The notes under the pieces: model-generated
What the model saw: the letters and a program-made list of their open reading frames with translations, nothing else
What the model was told of the DNA's origin: nothing
The model's database searches: none
Assembly: GCA_963921275.4 (NCBI GenBank)
Contig: OZ001293.3
Location: forward strand, 3,104,001-3,168,000
Source: an uncultured Hormoscilla sp.
GTDB lineage: Bacteria; Cyanobacteriota; Cyanobacteriia; Cyanobacteriales; Desertifilaceae
Reading direction: 5' to 3'
Length of the DNA stretch: 64,000 nt
Shown: positions 1-11,110 of the stretch, in pieces
Layout: each line of letters opens with the position of its first letter
Position numbering within the stretch: the stretch's first letter is position 1
Position numbers and translations under genes: made by a program

Positions 1-95
1 CGGGGTTTGAAGAGCATCATATTTCCCCTCATTGCTAGTTCCGGCGGAAGCAGAGCCTCTTCTGTTCCCTGACTCTGGCAGGGAACGAGAGATAA
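1..95. repeat. ~100-bp dispersed repeat containing a GTTCCC...GGGAAC palindrome; second copy at ~1014-1118
   Basis: cggggtttgaWgagcatcatatttYccctcattgctagttccRgcg is shared by 1-46 and 1014-1059, each followed by gttccctg...cagggaacgagaga. Confidence 0.75.
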
Positions 96-132
96 CCATT
101 GTCTCCTATGGTAATGGTTAATTTTTCACCTC

Positions 133-587
133 TCAAGTCAGCGGACCAAAATAAAAGGTATCGGTAGATGGATTAACCGCGTAGCAAATTCTTTCGAGAA
201 AACTAATTTGACCGATAAACGAGGGAAAATTTCCCCAGTATTCCTCGACATCAGGAATAAACGCCGTAGCATCTACATCCAAATCTTCGCCCTCGTCATG
301 GGGCAAAGTTATAGTCAGACGAATCACACTCCCCTCTAGTCGCATCCCTCTAATCAGCATGGTTAATCTTTCCAGGGGAGTAACGCGGTCCAATCGGACC
401 TGTCTAGCAATTCTAGGTGCGATTATCGGATAAGGTGCGCCTGTATCAAGGATTCAGTTTTGATCCCTTCGATTTTCACAAGTAAAATAATCCGATTGGT
501 GGTTTCACTGGGAGTTGCAGGAGCATAATCATAACGAATTGCGCCTGTAGCAAAGGTTTCACCGTCCGGCAAAAGTAGTAGAGCCAT
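133..587 (-). pseudogene. Retropepsin-like aspartyl protease, frameshifted
   Basis: ATG at 587 (TAATG overlap with upstream gene) reads MALLLLPDGETFATGAIRY...; after a frameshift near 455 it reads LDTGAPY (DTG catalytic motif) and continues into ORF 133..393. Confidence 0.7.
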
Positions 588-949
588 TAATAAATCACCG
601 TCACAAATACATCATTTAGATCGCCAATCTGCTCAACTAATTCATCAAGGGAACTGCCCGTAGCCAATAATTCCCCATCCCGGACTGCTACCCATTGATT
701 TAGATAGTTACGGTTACGGCGTTGCTGCCTTACCCACTCTCGACTCTTTTGTAAACCTTTGTCAATTGGTCTTTTCACGGAAGTTGCTCGAGCTGGTTTC
801 AAAATATTAACACAGTTCTGGATATATTCCCGATCGGGAAAATGCTCGATCTCCTGAATTGAAAGCTGCCGTGCCTTGAGGAAATCCCCGATCAACAATG
901 CTTGTCGCATAGCTTGGATAAAATATTCTGGGCTGTTGTCATTCATCAT
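587..949 (-). CDS. DUF5678-like small protein
   Basis: C-terminal Y.NQWVAVRDGELLATG.SL.EL motif; translationally coupled to the protease gene. Confidence 0.65.
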   Translation of the reverse strand: MMNDNSPEYFIQAMRQALLIGDFLKARQLSIQEIEHFPDREYIQNCVNILKPARATSVKRPIDKGLQKSREWVRQQRRNRNYLNQWVAVRDGELLATGSSLDELVEQIGDLNDVFVTVIY

Positions 950-1709
950 ATCTAAATTGCTCTATCTTATTTTATTATAGGGCAGATCTCAAATAATGTC
1001 ATCCGCCTCGTATCGGGGTTTGATGAGCATCATATTTTCCCTCATTGCTAGTTCCAGCGTAGCGTGTCCGCAGAGCCTATGAATGGGCGGTTCCCTGCCT
1101 TCGTCAGGGAACGAGAGAATTAAGGGAACTCAAGCGTAAATAATCGGACAAAATTATCCAGTAGTCAAGATGCACCAGTTGGTACAGCGATATAAGTTGG
1201 GGAATTTATTTTTTGGAACTCCCTAAGCCCGCGCAGGCGGGCAAGGTTGCTCGTCGCCCCACCCCGGCGACGGGGGTCTCCCTAGGAACGGGTTCCAGCG
1301 TAGCGTGTGGTAGCTAAGCTAAGCTTGCGTCGGGATGCGCCTGGATATAGCGTCCATCTTCGCCCAGCCCAGAGGACAGTTGCATAAGTGTCTCCACACC
1401 TGCCAACCCTGGAACTTATCTTACTAGACTTGTTGTATCAGATAGATATGGTTTTCCCGAGTGGTAGCTATCCGGACTGCCTTCTGCTGATAGATGACTG
1501 TAATGCTGATGCTTGCAGTCCTCTCCTCTCCCACCGGCTACCCCGAGCGCTGCCCCTCTAGCAGCTATCTTGTCCGGATTACTACTTAGTCAAAATTACT
1601 ATGGCTTTCGGTATAAACACGATTTATTTGTTACCCAATCCGCCATCAGGAGTAAAAAAGCTCCCAACCCGATCGCACTAACACTAAGTAACTCAAACAG
1701 GAGACATTC

Positions 1710-1985
1710 ATGATGCTGAAAAAATTTATGTCAATTTTCTACAAGGTAAAGGACTTCCTAGAAGATCCCAGTCCTGATACCGAAACCCCACTGTCTGGCT
1801 TCACAGGAGAAGCCACAGTATCTGAGACCATCGTCGGTCCCGATCGAGAAGGGCGCGTGTATTTTCGAGGCACTTGGTGGCCCGCCCGCTGCGAGCAATT
1901 TGTCACTCTCAAGCCCGGCGATACAGTCCAAGTTATCGATATGAGCAACATCACCCTGCTCGTAGAACCAGTCCATTTTAGCTAA
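1710..1985 (+). CDS. NfeD-like C-terminal OB-fold protein
   Basis: GEATVSETI...GRVYFRGTWWPARC...LKPGDTVQVI...ITLLVEP; AGGAG RBS. Confidence 0.8.
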   Translation: MMLKKFMSIFYKVKDFLEDPSPDTETPLSGFTGEATVSETIVGPDREGRVYFRGTWWPARCEQFVTLKPGDTVQVIDMSNITLLVEPVHFS

Positions 1986-2112
1986 TCCTAACTTATCCAG
2001 TAAAAAGTATGGTAGCTATCCGGACTGCCTTCTGCTGATAGATGACTGTAATGCTGATGCTTGCAGTACCCGATCGCACTAACACCAAGTAACTAAAACA
2101 GGACACATTTAT

Positions 2113-2370
2113 ATGATGCTGAAAAATTTTATGTCAGTTATCTACCAGGTAAAGGAATTCCTAGAAGATGCCAGTAAAGATGCCGAAACTCCACTGTTGG
2201 GCTTGACAAGAGAAGCAAAAGTGTCTGAGACCATCGTCGGTCCCTATCAAGGCGTTTATTTTCGAGGCACTTGGTGGCCCCGAGCAATTTGTCACTCTCA
2301 AGCCTGGCGATACAGTCCAAGTTATCGATATGAGCAACATCACCCTGCTCGTGGAACCATTCCCTTGTAG
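2113..2370 (+). pseudogene. Tandem duplicate of the NfeD-like gene, frameshifted by small deletions
   Basis: Near-identical DNA to 1710-1985; deletion after GTWWP shifts the frame. Confidence 0.8.
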
Positions 2371-2563
2371 CTAATTATAGCTGCTAATTAAAAAGTCAAG
2401 TAAATATCGTTTTACTTTTTACTTAAAAGCCATCGGGAACTAAGAAAACCAGATGGCCTTTTAAGTTCGTAGTTCGTAGTTCGAGATTGCTTCGTTCCTC
2501 GCAACGCTGCGCGGTTCGTAGTTATTTTAAAGTCAAGAATGAAAAACCTATCCAAGCTATCCC

Positions 2564-3292
2564 ATGAGGAAAGTTAAACCCGCGATCGCAGTCTGCAACC
2601 TCTGCTTCTCCTATCCAGACAAGCAGCATGTCTTACAGAATCTGAGTCTGACAATACAGCCAGGAGAACGGGTCGGACTAATTGGTCCCAATGGTGCTGG
2701 TAAAACCACCTTCTTTTTATTGATTTGCGGTGTCTTGCAGCCAACCGCTGGTGAAATTGTACTCTGGGACGAGCCAGTGGTAGCTGGGGAGTTTCGTCCC
2801 GAAATCGGCCTAGTATTTCAGAATCCCAACGATCAGTTATTTTCCGCATCAGTCCGAGATGATGTCGCATTTGGTCCGGAAAATCTTGGCTTGTCACCGG
2901 CGGAAGTAGATGACCGCGTACAAGCAGCCCTCTCCCTGACAGGTGTTTTAGAACTAGCTGCGCGAGTACCTCACCACTTGTCTGGAGGAGAAAAGCGGAT
3001 GGTCGCGATCGCCTCTGTCTTAGCGATGCACCCCCAGCTAGTGATTTACGACGAACCCAGCGCCAACCTGGATCTGCGAGCCCGGTGTCGCCTGATCGAC
3101 TTCTTGCAAGACTCAAACGAAACCCTAGTCATTTCCTCCCACGATTTAGAACTGATTCTGGAACTGTGCGATCGGGTCCTCTTACTTGACCAAGGCCAGA
3201 TCGTCGCCGATGGCCCCCCCCAGGAAGTGATGGCCGATTGGCAACTCATGCAGGATCATGACCTAGAGTGCGATTCGTTTAGCATAAACTAA
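2564..3292 (+). CDS. cbiO: ECF-type Co/Ni transporter ATPase (CbiO/NikO); last codons replaced by group II intron sequence
   Basis: Walker A GPNGAGKT, FQNPNDQL Q-loop, LSGGEKR, YDEPSANLD, SHD; GTGCG intron start at 3268. Confidence 0.85.
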   Translation: MRKVKPAIAVCNLCFSYPDKQHVLQNLSLTIQPGERVGLIGPNGAGKTTFFLLICGVLQPTAGEIVLWDEPVVAGEFRPEIGLVFQNPNDQLFSASVRDDVAFGPENLGLSPAEVDDRVQAALSLTGVLELAARVPHHLSGGEKRMVAIASVLAMHPQLVIYDEPSANLDLRARCRLIDFLQDSNETLVISSHDLELILELCDRVLLLDQGQIVADGPPQEVMADWQLMQDHDLECDSFSIN

Positions 3293-4095
3293 CTTGACAC
3301 GAGTTAAGAAGGGGGACCGCTGGCAGGGTTTATTAGCCCTGACAACTTACAGATGATGGTGGTGAAAGCCCACCCCTCCAGGTGCAGGAGTGACAGCACC
3401 CTCCCCACGGTAGCGATGGCATCAATCCGTGAAGCGGGAAGGAAAGGCGTAATGACTGGCAGCCTAAACTGGTCATCGCTAAGCAAGTAGCTATGATGAG
3501 CATAATGCGAAGATTTGCAACGTCGTTACATGAAACCAGCGGAATAAGGCTAAACACGCTGGCCCAAAAGGGAAAGGATACAGGTCATTGGCGGATTCTG
3601 GACCGACCAATAAGCACTGACAACAAACCCGGCGTATGGAATCCATCTAAGGTTACGACCAATCATCTGTAGGAACGAAGTAAACCGGTTGCAGTACTCT
3701 CCATCACCGGTCGATAGATGGAGTAGCCACCACAGGCGTAACATCTGCTCTCCGGAAGGCAGGTCACAACCGGGAAAGATTGAGTGGAGAAGCAAACGCC
3801 CGTCTGTAATGGATGGGATAAGCTGACGCCCTCACAGTTTCGTCAATTGTAAAGTTGTAAGTAGTAGTGAACATGTCACGGAACTCAGTCGAAAGACAAG
3901 AGTATGAATGGAAGGAGGTGCCCTGGCAAGAGCTGGAGCGCCGAGTCTTTAAGCTACAAAAGCGAATTTACAGAGCGGCACAGGAAGGCAACAAGCAGAA
4001 AGTTCGCAAGCTCCAGGGACTATTGAACAGGTCATGGTCCGCGAAGATGATAGCGGTTTGTCAGGTAACGCAACAGAACCAAGGGAAAAAGACGG
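3268..4095 (+). mobile_element. Group II intron, 5' part (DI-DIV) with truncated RT/maturase
   Basis: 5' end GTGCGATTCGTT; ggtgaaagccc and other group IIB-like segments; RT N-terminus WKEVPWQELERRVFKLQKRIYRA...VTQQNQGKKT from 3867, cut by an IS1 fragment. Confidence 0.85.
3867..4095 (+). pseudogene. Group II intron reverse transcriptase N-terminal fragment (RVT_N)
   Basis: Conserved N-terminal motif; rest of ORF 3867..4367 is antisense IS1 sequence. Confidence 0.85.
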
Positions 4096-4465
4096 TCTTC
4101 CCAATCGATGACAGTTTTCTTGGAGACGTTAAGGTTCGTGCAACTGCATTGAGACCCATCCCTTCACTCCTGGCTTTGAGAACTTGGATAATCCGACTTC
4201 AGGGAGTTCGTAGACCCGCTAAGTGGCCAAGGTTTCACTGTAGTAAATGTCACACGCCTGGCAATGGTGGATGGTGCGCTACCGTTGTGTTGAGTCTCAG
4301 GGAGGGTGGTGAGGCTGTACCTCTTCACTCCCACAACAGGGACAACACTGCGAGAATAGTTCCATAACACACCTCTAATTCCGGAAAAGTCTCAGCCTCT
4401 CTATGATCATCTATAATTCATAGAGGGCAAGTCTTTGGGCTATCCTGTTCAGCGGAACCAGTGCC
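4091..4465 (-). mobile_element. IS1-family left-end fragment
   Basis: Reverse complement of 29198-~29580, including TIR GGCACTGGTTCCG. Confidence 0.85.
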
Positions 4466-4479
4466 CAAGATAGGGTCCC

Positions 4480-5197
4480 GGAAAAATCCATACCATGAAG
4501 ATATATTTGTTGACCTCTTTTTACTACTTGATTAACTTGGCTTCCACTTTTCAGGCGACGATCCGGATCGGATACCTATTATTGCATGAAAAATTTTCCG
4601 CTCGCGTACCCATTTAAGCATCTCAATACTACCAAAGCCAGTATCGGCTAAAATTCTAACCTGAAAACACTCTGTTAGCTTTTTCGGTATAGTTAAAATC
4701 AAATTTTGCGCCAAAGGGGTTTTCTCGCCCTTACCCCGATAAACTCTAAAACCCCAAGGTATACGAAAATCTCCGAGTAAAATATAAAGGACAAGAAGAT
4801 GGAGCCCCCGTTTACCATTGTAGACTCCGATAAAATTATTTAATCCTTTGAACTTCCCTACTTTCTCTAATGTTGTCAAGTCAATAACTACCTCCAAGAT
4901 CGGTTTGCGACCTTTGCGACCAGGAGGGCGTTTGGCTAATAACAGTTCAACAATCTTATTTCTTATAGCCCTAATCACTCTACGAGTTGGCCATTTGTAT
5001 ATATTTAGGAAACGGCTAATTGCACTTGGAGATTTGGTTTGACAGTGCTGGAGCAGGGGATATCCATTGGCTTGTAAAAATAGTCCAAGTAAGCTCTCAA
5101 GGCTCTCTGACTGGTAAATACTTGGCATTAATCCAAGTAGAAATTGAACTAATACCTGGGTATATTTAACTAGAATGTCCATTGATAGATTTGCCAA
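4480..5197 (-). mobile_element. IS4/IS701-like DDE transposase, 3' truncated
   Basis: VVIDLTTLEKVGKF, GLHLLVLY, ILADTGFG motifs. Confidence 0.75.
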
Positions 5198-5352
5198 TCG
5201 GTGTTAAGCGAGCAATCTTCTTTATTATACAACAATTATACAACAGTATGCTGTGTCAATTAATAGAGTATCTATGACTAATGGTCAGTTGTAAACGATG
5301 AGCGTCAAAACATGATAATTATTTTTACTCAAGGAATACCAGAGACAAGAAA

Positions 5353-5565
5353 TTATAGCGGGCCATCGGGCTTGTTGAGAATGGTGCAAGATGTCAGTGA
5401 TAACATACTTGTTTCATACATTCGCACTTCCACGGTCACCACATACTTATCACTTAATTGGCGATTAAGTGAGTTGGCAATCTCAATAATTAGCCAATGA
5501 TGAACCCCTGGCCAAAACTCTGGATCTTCAAAATAAGGATTCATTCCTGGAAATGGTGAAGGCAT
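5353..5565 (-). pseudogene. DUF4058 family N-terminal fragment
   Basis: MPSPFPGMNPYFEDPEFWPGVHHWLI signature; truncated. Confidence 0.75.
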
Positions 5566-5674
5566 ATTTTTCTCTCCTTTTCCTCTATTTTAGCATTCTC
5601 GATCGAGTTGAACCAATAGTCAATCTCCTTGATATTTCGGACTACCGAGAGCCTGTTGGGACGGTGAGTATAAG

Positions 5675-6153
5675 TCAGTGATGAATTTCCAGATCGAGGA
5701 CGTAGCGACCCAGCTGCAACTTATCCGACCATAACTCGTATTCCAACCGTAAATGTTCCGGTATGGATTTGCCCGTCAAGGTCAGCGATCGGGTAAAATT
5801 ACGCAGAGTAATCTGACCGATACCATTTAAGCATCGCTCTGCAACCAATATCGCGATCGACCATACATCCGGTTTTGCCACAGGTGGCGATAGCTAAAAT
5901 TGCCATTGCCTTGCACGGTCATAATCACCCGGTAGAGGGAGATATCCAGCCATAACATCTGGGAGGTATCCACAGCAACTACTGGTTGCCCCTTAGCTGG
6001 AGTGCTAGCGGGCACCGCAGGGAAGTTCAGCAGCAGGTGGAAGCGAGAAAGCTCCTTTTGATAAAGAGTAGCGGAGGTATCAACGGCAGACCGGACAGGT
6101 AGGTCAAGAGAAATTAGGGAAAGACTTACAGGAAAACGGTGATGGGTAAGCAT
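5675..6153 (-). pseudogene. Conserved cyanobacterial hypothetical protein split by a frameshift
   Basis: Overlapping ORFs 5827..6159 and 5675..5881 form one protein (...LWLDISLYRVIMTVQGNG...SRYWL / LRNFTRSL.L.G...P.HLRLEYELW). Confidence 0.55.
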
Positions 6154-6251
6154 ATTCAATAGAAAAGCTTTGCACTAAACACAAAAAAAGTCTTCGGATG
6201 ACTCTAGTCGCGGTAGAATCATCCTAGGTCATACCACCTCAGTCTAGCTTT

Positions 6252-7607
6252 ATGAAAGCCCCGATCGTCACCCTGAACAGTAATGTTGATGCTCAAGATT
6301 TAATCATCGCCAGACCGGCGGCGGGGCTATCCCTGCAAGGTCGCATCCAGGTTCCTGGAGATAAGTCGATTTCTCATCGGGCCTTGATGTTGGGCAGCAT
6401 CGCCCGAGGAGAAACTACTATAAGTGGCTTGCTTTTAGGAGAAGACCCCCGCAGCACGGCCAACTGTTTTCGGGCTTTGGGTGCTGAAATTTCCCCTCTG
6501 AATACAGAAAAAGTGCAAGTAGTAGGCATCGGTTTAGGAGAATGCAGTGAACCGACTGATGTCTTGGACTGCGGTAACTCTGGCACCACGATGCGCCTGA
6601 TGTTGGGCATTTTGGCATCTCATCCGGGTCGCTTTTTTACGGTGACGGGGGATAAGTCCTTGCGCGCACGCCCCATGTCCCGAGTAGTGCAGCCCCTCAG
6701 ACAAATGGGAGCGCAAGTCTGGGGGCGCAAAGAAGCAAGTCTGGCACCCCTGGCAATTCAAGGCACCCAGCTACAGCCGATTCATTATCACTCGCCCGTA
6801 GCCTCCGCTCAAGTTAAATCCTGCATTCTGCTAGCTGGTTTAATGGCAGCAGGAGAAACCACCGTCACCGAACCAGCACTCTCTCGGGACCACAGCGAAC
6901 GGATGCTGCAAGCTTTTGGCGCATCCGTCAGCATCGACCCAGAAACCAACAGTGTTACAGTAACTGGTCCGGCCCAGCTGCAAGGACAATCGGTAATAGT
7001 ACCAGGAGATATCAGTTCCGCTGCCTTCTGGTTAGTCGCAGGGGCGATCGTCCCTGGTTCGGAACTGATAATTGAAAATGTAGGCGTTAATCCCACTCGT
7101 ACAGGAGTGCTAGAAGCTTTGGAGATGATGGGTGCAGACATCACCCAAGAAAATCAGCGGGTAGTTGCTGGGGAACCCGTGGCAGATTTGCGAGTGAAGA
7201 CCGGATATCTTCAGGGTTGCTCCATCTCTGGGTCCATAATTCCGCGCTTGATTGATGAAATTCCCATTTTGGCAATAGCAGCTGTGTTTGCCAAAGGGAA
7301 AACCGCGATCAAAGATGCTGCAGAGTTGCGGGTGAAAGAGAGCGATCGCATTGCCGTCATGGCCGCACAGCTGAACCGCCTGGGGGCAAGAGTTACAGAA
7401 TTACCCGATGGTCTAGAAATCATCGGCGGCACGCCTTTAACTGGCACCGATGTCCAATCTGAATCGGATCACCGAATTGCTATGAGTCTGGCCATTGCTG
7501 CCCTGAACGCCACTGGCACTACCACCATCGGTGGTGCCGAAGCTGCTGCCATCTCCTACCCAGATTTCACAGCCACCCTACAACAGGTATCAATACCTCT
7601 CGGTTAA
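6252..7607 (+). CDS. aroA: 3-phosphoshikimate 1-carboxyvinyltransferase (EPSP synthase)
   Basis: [41 protein letters not shown] motifs. Confidence 0.98.
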   Translation: MKAPIVTLNSNVDAQDLIIARPAAGLSLQGRIQVPGDKSISHRALMLGSIARGETTISGLLLGEDPRSTANCFRALGAEISPLNTEKVQVVGIGLGECSEPTDVLDCGNSGTTMRLMLGILASHPGRFFTVTGDKSLRARPMSRVVQPLRQMGAQVWGRKEASLAPLAIQGTQLQPIHYHSPVASAQVKSCILLAGLMAAGETTVTEPALSRDHSERMLQAFGASVSIDPETNSVTVTGPAQLQGQSVIVPGDISSAAFWLVAGAIVPGSELIIENVGVNPTRTGVLEALEMMGADITQENQRVVAGEPVADLRVKTGYLQGCSISGSIIPRLIDEIPILAIAAVFAKGKTAIKDAAELRVKESDRIAVMAAQLNRLGARVTELPDGLEIIGGTPLTGTDVQSESDHRIAMSLAIAALNATGTTTIGGAEAAAISYPDFTATLQQVSIPLG

Positions 7608-7829
7608 GCAGGGAGCACCCGAGCACCTGAGTAGGGAGCAGGGAGATTGCTTCGAGGAGGTTAACTCAATTGAGCATAAGTTAATCGCGGTTGTTCCCCC
7701 CCTCACAATGACAAATGAAATCCTTAACCGAGAAGTATTGCAACAGGTGTTATGTATTTAAAGGATGTCTTGATTGCTCTTTAGCAGAAGTTAATTAGCC
7801 GTTGATATACCAGCACAAGGATAAAACCG

Positions 7830-8486
7830 ATGACAAAGATTTTGGTAATTGAAGACGATCCACCTGTACGTACCAACCTGCTCAAACTTCTGGAAGCCGA
7901 GGGGTTTGAAGTCAAGGGAGCTGAAAACGGTGAGGCTGGTGTCTCCTTGGCTATTGAGCAAGTTCTCGATTTGATTCTTTGCGACATTATGATGCCGGAA
8001 CTGGACGGACATGGCGTGCTCGAAGCCCTACGCAAAAACATAGCTACGGCGGCAATTCCGTTTATTTTTCTCACTGCTAAGGCCGAGCGATCGGATTGGC
8101 GTCAAGGAATGGAATTAGGAGCGGATGATTATCTGACTAAACCATTTACCAGAGATGAGTTGCTGGGAGCTATTGCTACGCGCCTTAAAAAACAGGAAGC
8201 AGCTATGATCAAATATCAAGCTGAGCGCAAACGAGCTGAATATCTGTCATAAAAATGCCTTGAACTCCAGGAGTTTGTTAATGCTAAAGATGAACTTTTG
8301 AATAGTCTATCCCAGGAGTTACGCCAGCCATTGTCTAATATCAATATGGCTCTGTATATACTGATCAACCAAGTGTCAGAACTGCAACAGTTTCTCACCC
8401 CTGAAAGTGTCAAGCTTCTCAGTCAATTTAAGCTTTTGAAGGGCCCAACAGGATTGGGGACTGAATTGCCCAAATCTTTGTCCTGA
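7830..8486 (+). pseudogene. Response regulator receiver + HisKA-like coiled coil, interrupted by TAA at 8250
   Basis: ILVIEDD, DIMMP, FLTAK, YLTKPF; frame continues after the stop into SQELRQPLSNINMA. Confidence 0.7.
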
Positions 8487-8729
8487 GTAGTCAGTTGCTC
8501 CCGACAGGCTCGGCGTCTCCTGAGAGCGCTAGCGCACTACCCAGGAGACACCGCCCGCCTGTCCGGGAGTTGTCAGTTGACGGTAGTTTAAGTATACCAG
8601 TGATTAAACCTTTTGTCAACCCTCTAGATCGAGAAAAACGCCGATTTTTAACCACCGGCAGCGGCTATGAGTGCGATCGCGCTCCTTTTTAGCCGCTGTA
8701 ATAATTATCTTGACAGATGCTTTAGCCTA

Positions 8730-8760
8730 TGTGATGAATATTGACTATAATTATCAATAG
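8730..8760. promoter_or_regulatory. Putative Fur-type iron box
   Basis: AT-rich imperfect palindrome ATTGACTATAATTATCAAT upstream of a 2Fe-2S protein gene. Confidence 0.4.
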
Positions 8761-8936
8761 ATCGAAGGCTCCGCGTTGGCGGTGGGCTAGATTGTCGAGG
8801 CAACCAGCCACCGACAGTACCGCAGTGTCTCCTGGGTAGTGCGACTACGATGTCCCCCGGGTAGTGCAGCGCTCCTGGAGAACATCGAGCGACCAGGAGA
8901 CACCGGATGAAGCACAGTTAGAGAATCATAAAAAAT

Positions 8937-9515
8937 ATGGATAAATTAGAAACCCGATTCAATCTGGAAAGGCAGTTTCTGGGATTTGGGCTTAAAGATG
9001 GTTACAAAATCAAATACTTGCGGTTGGCCACCGCAACAGGGGAAGACTGGATCAAAATGGACAAAAGGTTACGTGCCTCTCTCTACGGCCATTCTTTCAC
9101 CCCAGGAGACTGGCTCCAGGTTTCTGGCGAGCAAAAATTTCAGCCCAAAACCGATCAATTCAAGCTCAAGGCCGATCGAGTAGTGGCGATCGCCGTCCCT
9201 AAAGGCCCCAGGACTGCCTCCACCCCAGTCAAGGCCAAATCAGGCAAAGCCCGGGTTTTAGTCTGTCAAAAATTAGATTGTGGCAAACGTGGCAGCTTGA
9301 GAGTCTGCCAAGCCCTAGAGTCGGCCCTGTGCGCCAGCGGTCTTGCTGACCAGGTAGAGATCAAGAAAACTGGTTGCCTGAAAAACTGCAAAGCTGGTCC
9401 CAACCTTGTGGTTATGCCTGATAAAACCCGCTATAGTCGCATTGGTACTCGCGAAATCCCAGCATTAATTGAAAGACATTTTTCACAGATCGCGAATGTG
9501 CGAACCCAAAATTGA
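8937..9515 (+). CDS. OB-fold + thioredoxin-like (2Fe-2S) ferredoxin protein
   Basis: VLVCQKLDCGKRG...GCLKNCKAGPN cysteine pattern. Confidence 0.8.
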   Translation: MDKLETRFNLERQFLGFGLKDGYKIKYLRLATATGEDWIKMDKRLRASLYGHSFTPGDWLQVSGEQKFQPKTDQFKLKADRVVAIAVPKGPRTASTPVKAKSGKARVLVCQKLDCGKRGSLRVCQALESALCASGLADQVEIKKTGCLKNCKAGPNLVVMPDKTRYSRIGTREIPALIERHFSQIANVRTQN

Positions 9516-9525
9516 CAGATCCCAA

Positions 9526-9578
9526 AGTATCACTTGACTAGATGCGATCCGATTAGATCGCGCATGTCAAGTGATACT
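9526..9578. repeat. ~55-bp palindromic mini-element AGTATCACTTGAC..GTCAAGTGATACT (other copies 10845-10901, 28072-28130, 59750-59806)
   Basis: Four copies with conserved inverted arms and variable centres. Confidence 0.85.
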
Positions 9579-9656
9579 GCTGTCTAACAGAGTCACTTGA
9601 AGGGATGAGACATAAACCTGTAAAATCGGGGTACTGTAGCTGCATAGGTAATTTCT

Positions 9657-10763
9657 ATGAGTAATTCTTCCGATCCCGATCGACAGTCTTCTGGCAAAAA
9701 GCACCTCGATCTTGATGAGTGGGTGGCCATAATTGTGGCCTTATTAACTATAGGCACCATCTTCGCTTGGTCTATTAGGCCAAGGGGAGGAGGCTGGCGC
9801 TGGCCCTTCGCCTCAAAGGCTCCTCTGTCCCCATCAGCAACTCTGCCAGTTCCCATCTCCCCAGTAGACCCTCTAGTAACTCCTGGGGATATAGGAGACT
9901 CTACTCTAACTCCTGTATCCCCAGAAGACTCTGGGACAACTGAATCGACACTGGATGATGAGAAACCAGCATCATCAGTTTCCCCAGTTACGAAGATACC
10001 AGTACTGAGTCAAACTTCACCAGAAATAGGCTTACTACCAACCAAACGGCCCCAAACACCGGCGCCAACTGACTCAATAACCGATTCCACGGAAACACCG
10101 GCACCGACTGATTCAACAACTGAGTCGCCAGAAACACCGGCACCGACTGATTCAGATCGCGATCGAGGGGTGAAATTCAAAGATGTTCCAGATGACTTTT
10201 GGGCATTTCCTTTTATTACAGCTTTAGTTGAGCGTGACCTTTTTGATAGGGCGGCAGATACTGATATTTTCCAACCTAATGCACCGATGACCCGCGCTGA
10301 ATATGCCGTCGCCCTGCGAAAAGCCTTTAAACAAAATCCGACTCAGAATCAGTTGAATTTTCAGGATGTTCCAGGGGATTACCCAGTAGGTGAGCCCATT
10401 AAGAGAAGCACCGAAACGGGATTTTTAAGAGGCTATCCTGGACAAATATTCCGACCCAACCAACCCATTCCGCGAGTGCAGGTGATTGTCTCCCTAGCCA
10501 ATGGATTAGGATTGAAGGCCCCGTCTAATCCCAATCAAATCCTCCAGCGCTACCAGGATGCCAGTCGCCTACCGGCATATTCGGTCTCGGCGGTGGCAGC
10601 TGCAACCAAAGCGGGTCTTGTGGTTAACTATCCTAATCCCTCACGGCTTAATCCCAACCAAGTCGCTACTCGGGCTGATGTTGCTAGCTTGATTCATCGA
10701 GCCTTAGTTATCCAAGGAAAGGTGCCAGAAATTCCTTCCCAGTATATTGTTCAACCTGATTGA
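9657..10763 (+). CDS. S-layer homology (SLH) domain membrane protein
   Basis: N-terminal TM, Pro/Thr linker with TPAPTDS repeats, three SLH repeats (FKDVPDDFWA, GYP...FRPNQPIPR, LNPNQVATRAD). Confidence 0.9.
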   Translation: MSNSSDPDRQSSGKKHLDLDEWVAIIVALLTIGTIFAWSIRPRGGGWRWPFASKAPLSPSATLPVPISPVDPLVTPGDIGDSTLTPVSPEDSGTTESTLDDEKPASSVSPVTKIPVLSQTSPEIGLLPTKRPQTPAPTDSITDSTETPAPTDSTTESPETPAPTDSDRDRGVKFKDVPDDFWAFPFITALVERDLFDRAADTDIFQPNAPMTRAEYAVALRKAFKQNPTQNQLNFQDVPGDYPVGEPIKRSTETGFLRGYPGQIFRPNQPIPRVQVIVSLANGLGLKAPSNPNQILQRYQDASRLPAYSVSAVAAATKAGLVVNYPNPSRLNPNQVATRADVASLIHRALVIQGKVPEIPSQYIVQPD

Positions 10764-11110
10764 TAGTATCAAACGGCGATGTCTCCCGGGTTTTCGCCGT
10801 GCGTCCGGGAGACATCGAACAACCCCCTTGTTGGGCTCTTCGGTCAGTATAACTTGACAAGACGATATCTAATATACGATCGCCCATGTCAAGTTATACT
10901 GCCCTCCGATGTGCTCTGCGCGGAGCACATTAATCGCACATCGATGACTGACTTGGGCGGTCCAGTCCCTAGGCGTTTCGATATCCCCAGAGGGGACGCG
11001 CTATTCGCACTACCCAGAGATATCGAGGGCCCGTCCCCATGCCCTCGCTGTGGGTCGGGCGCAGCCGGGGCCAGGACAGCGCTTCCAGGAGACACCGCAA
11101 GCCACGCAAC

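Noticed and set aside
3867..4367. Novel RT-fusion, retron or DGR
   Set aside because: Only RVT_N is present; the rest is antisense IS1; no YADD or TR/VR pair
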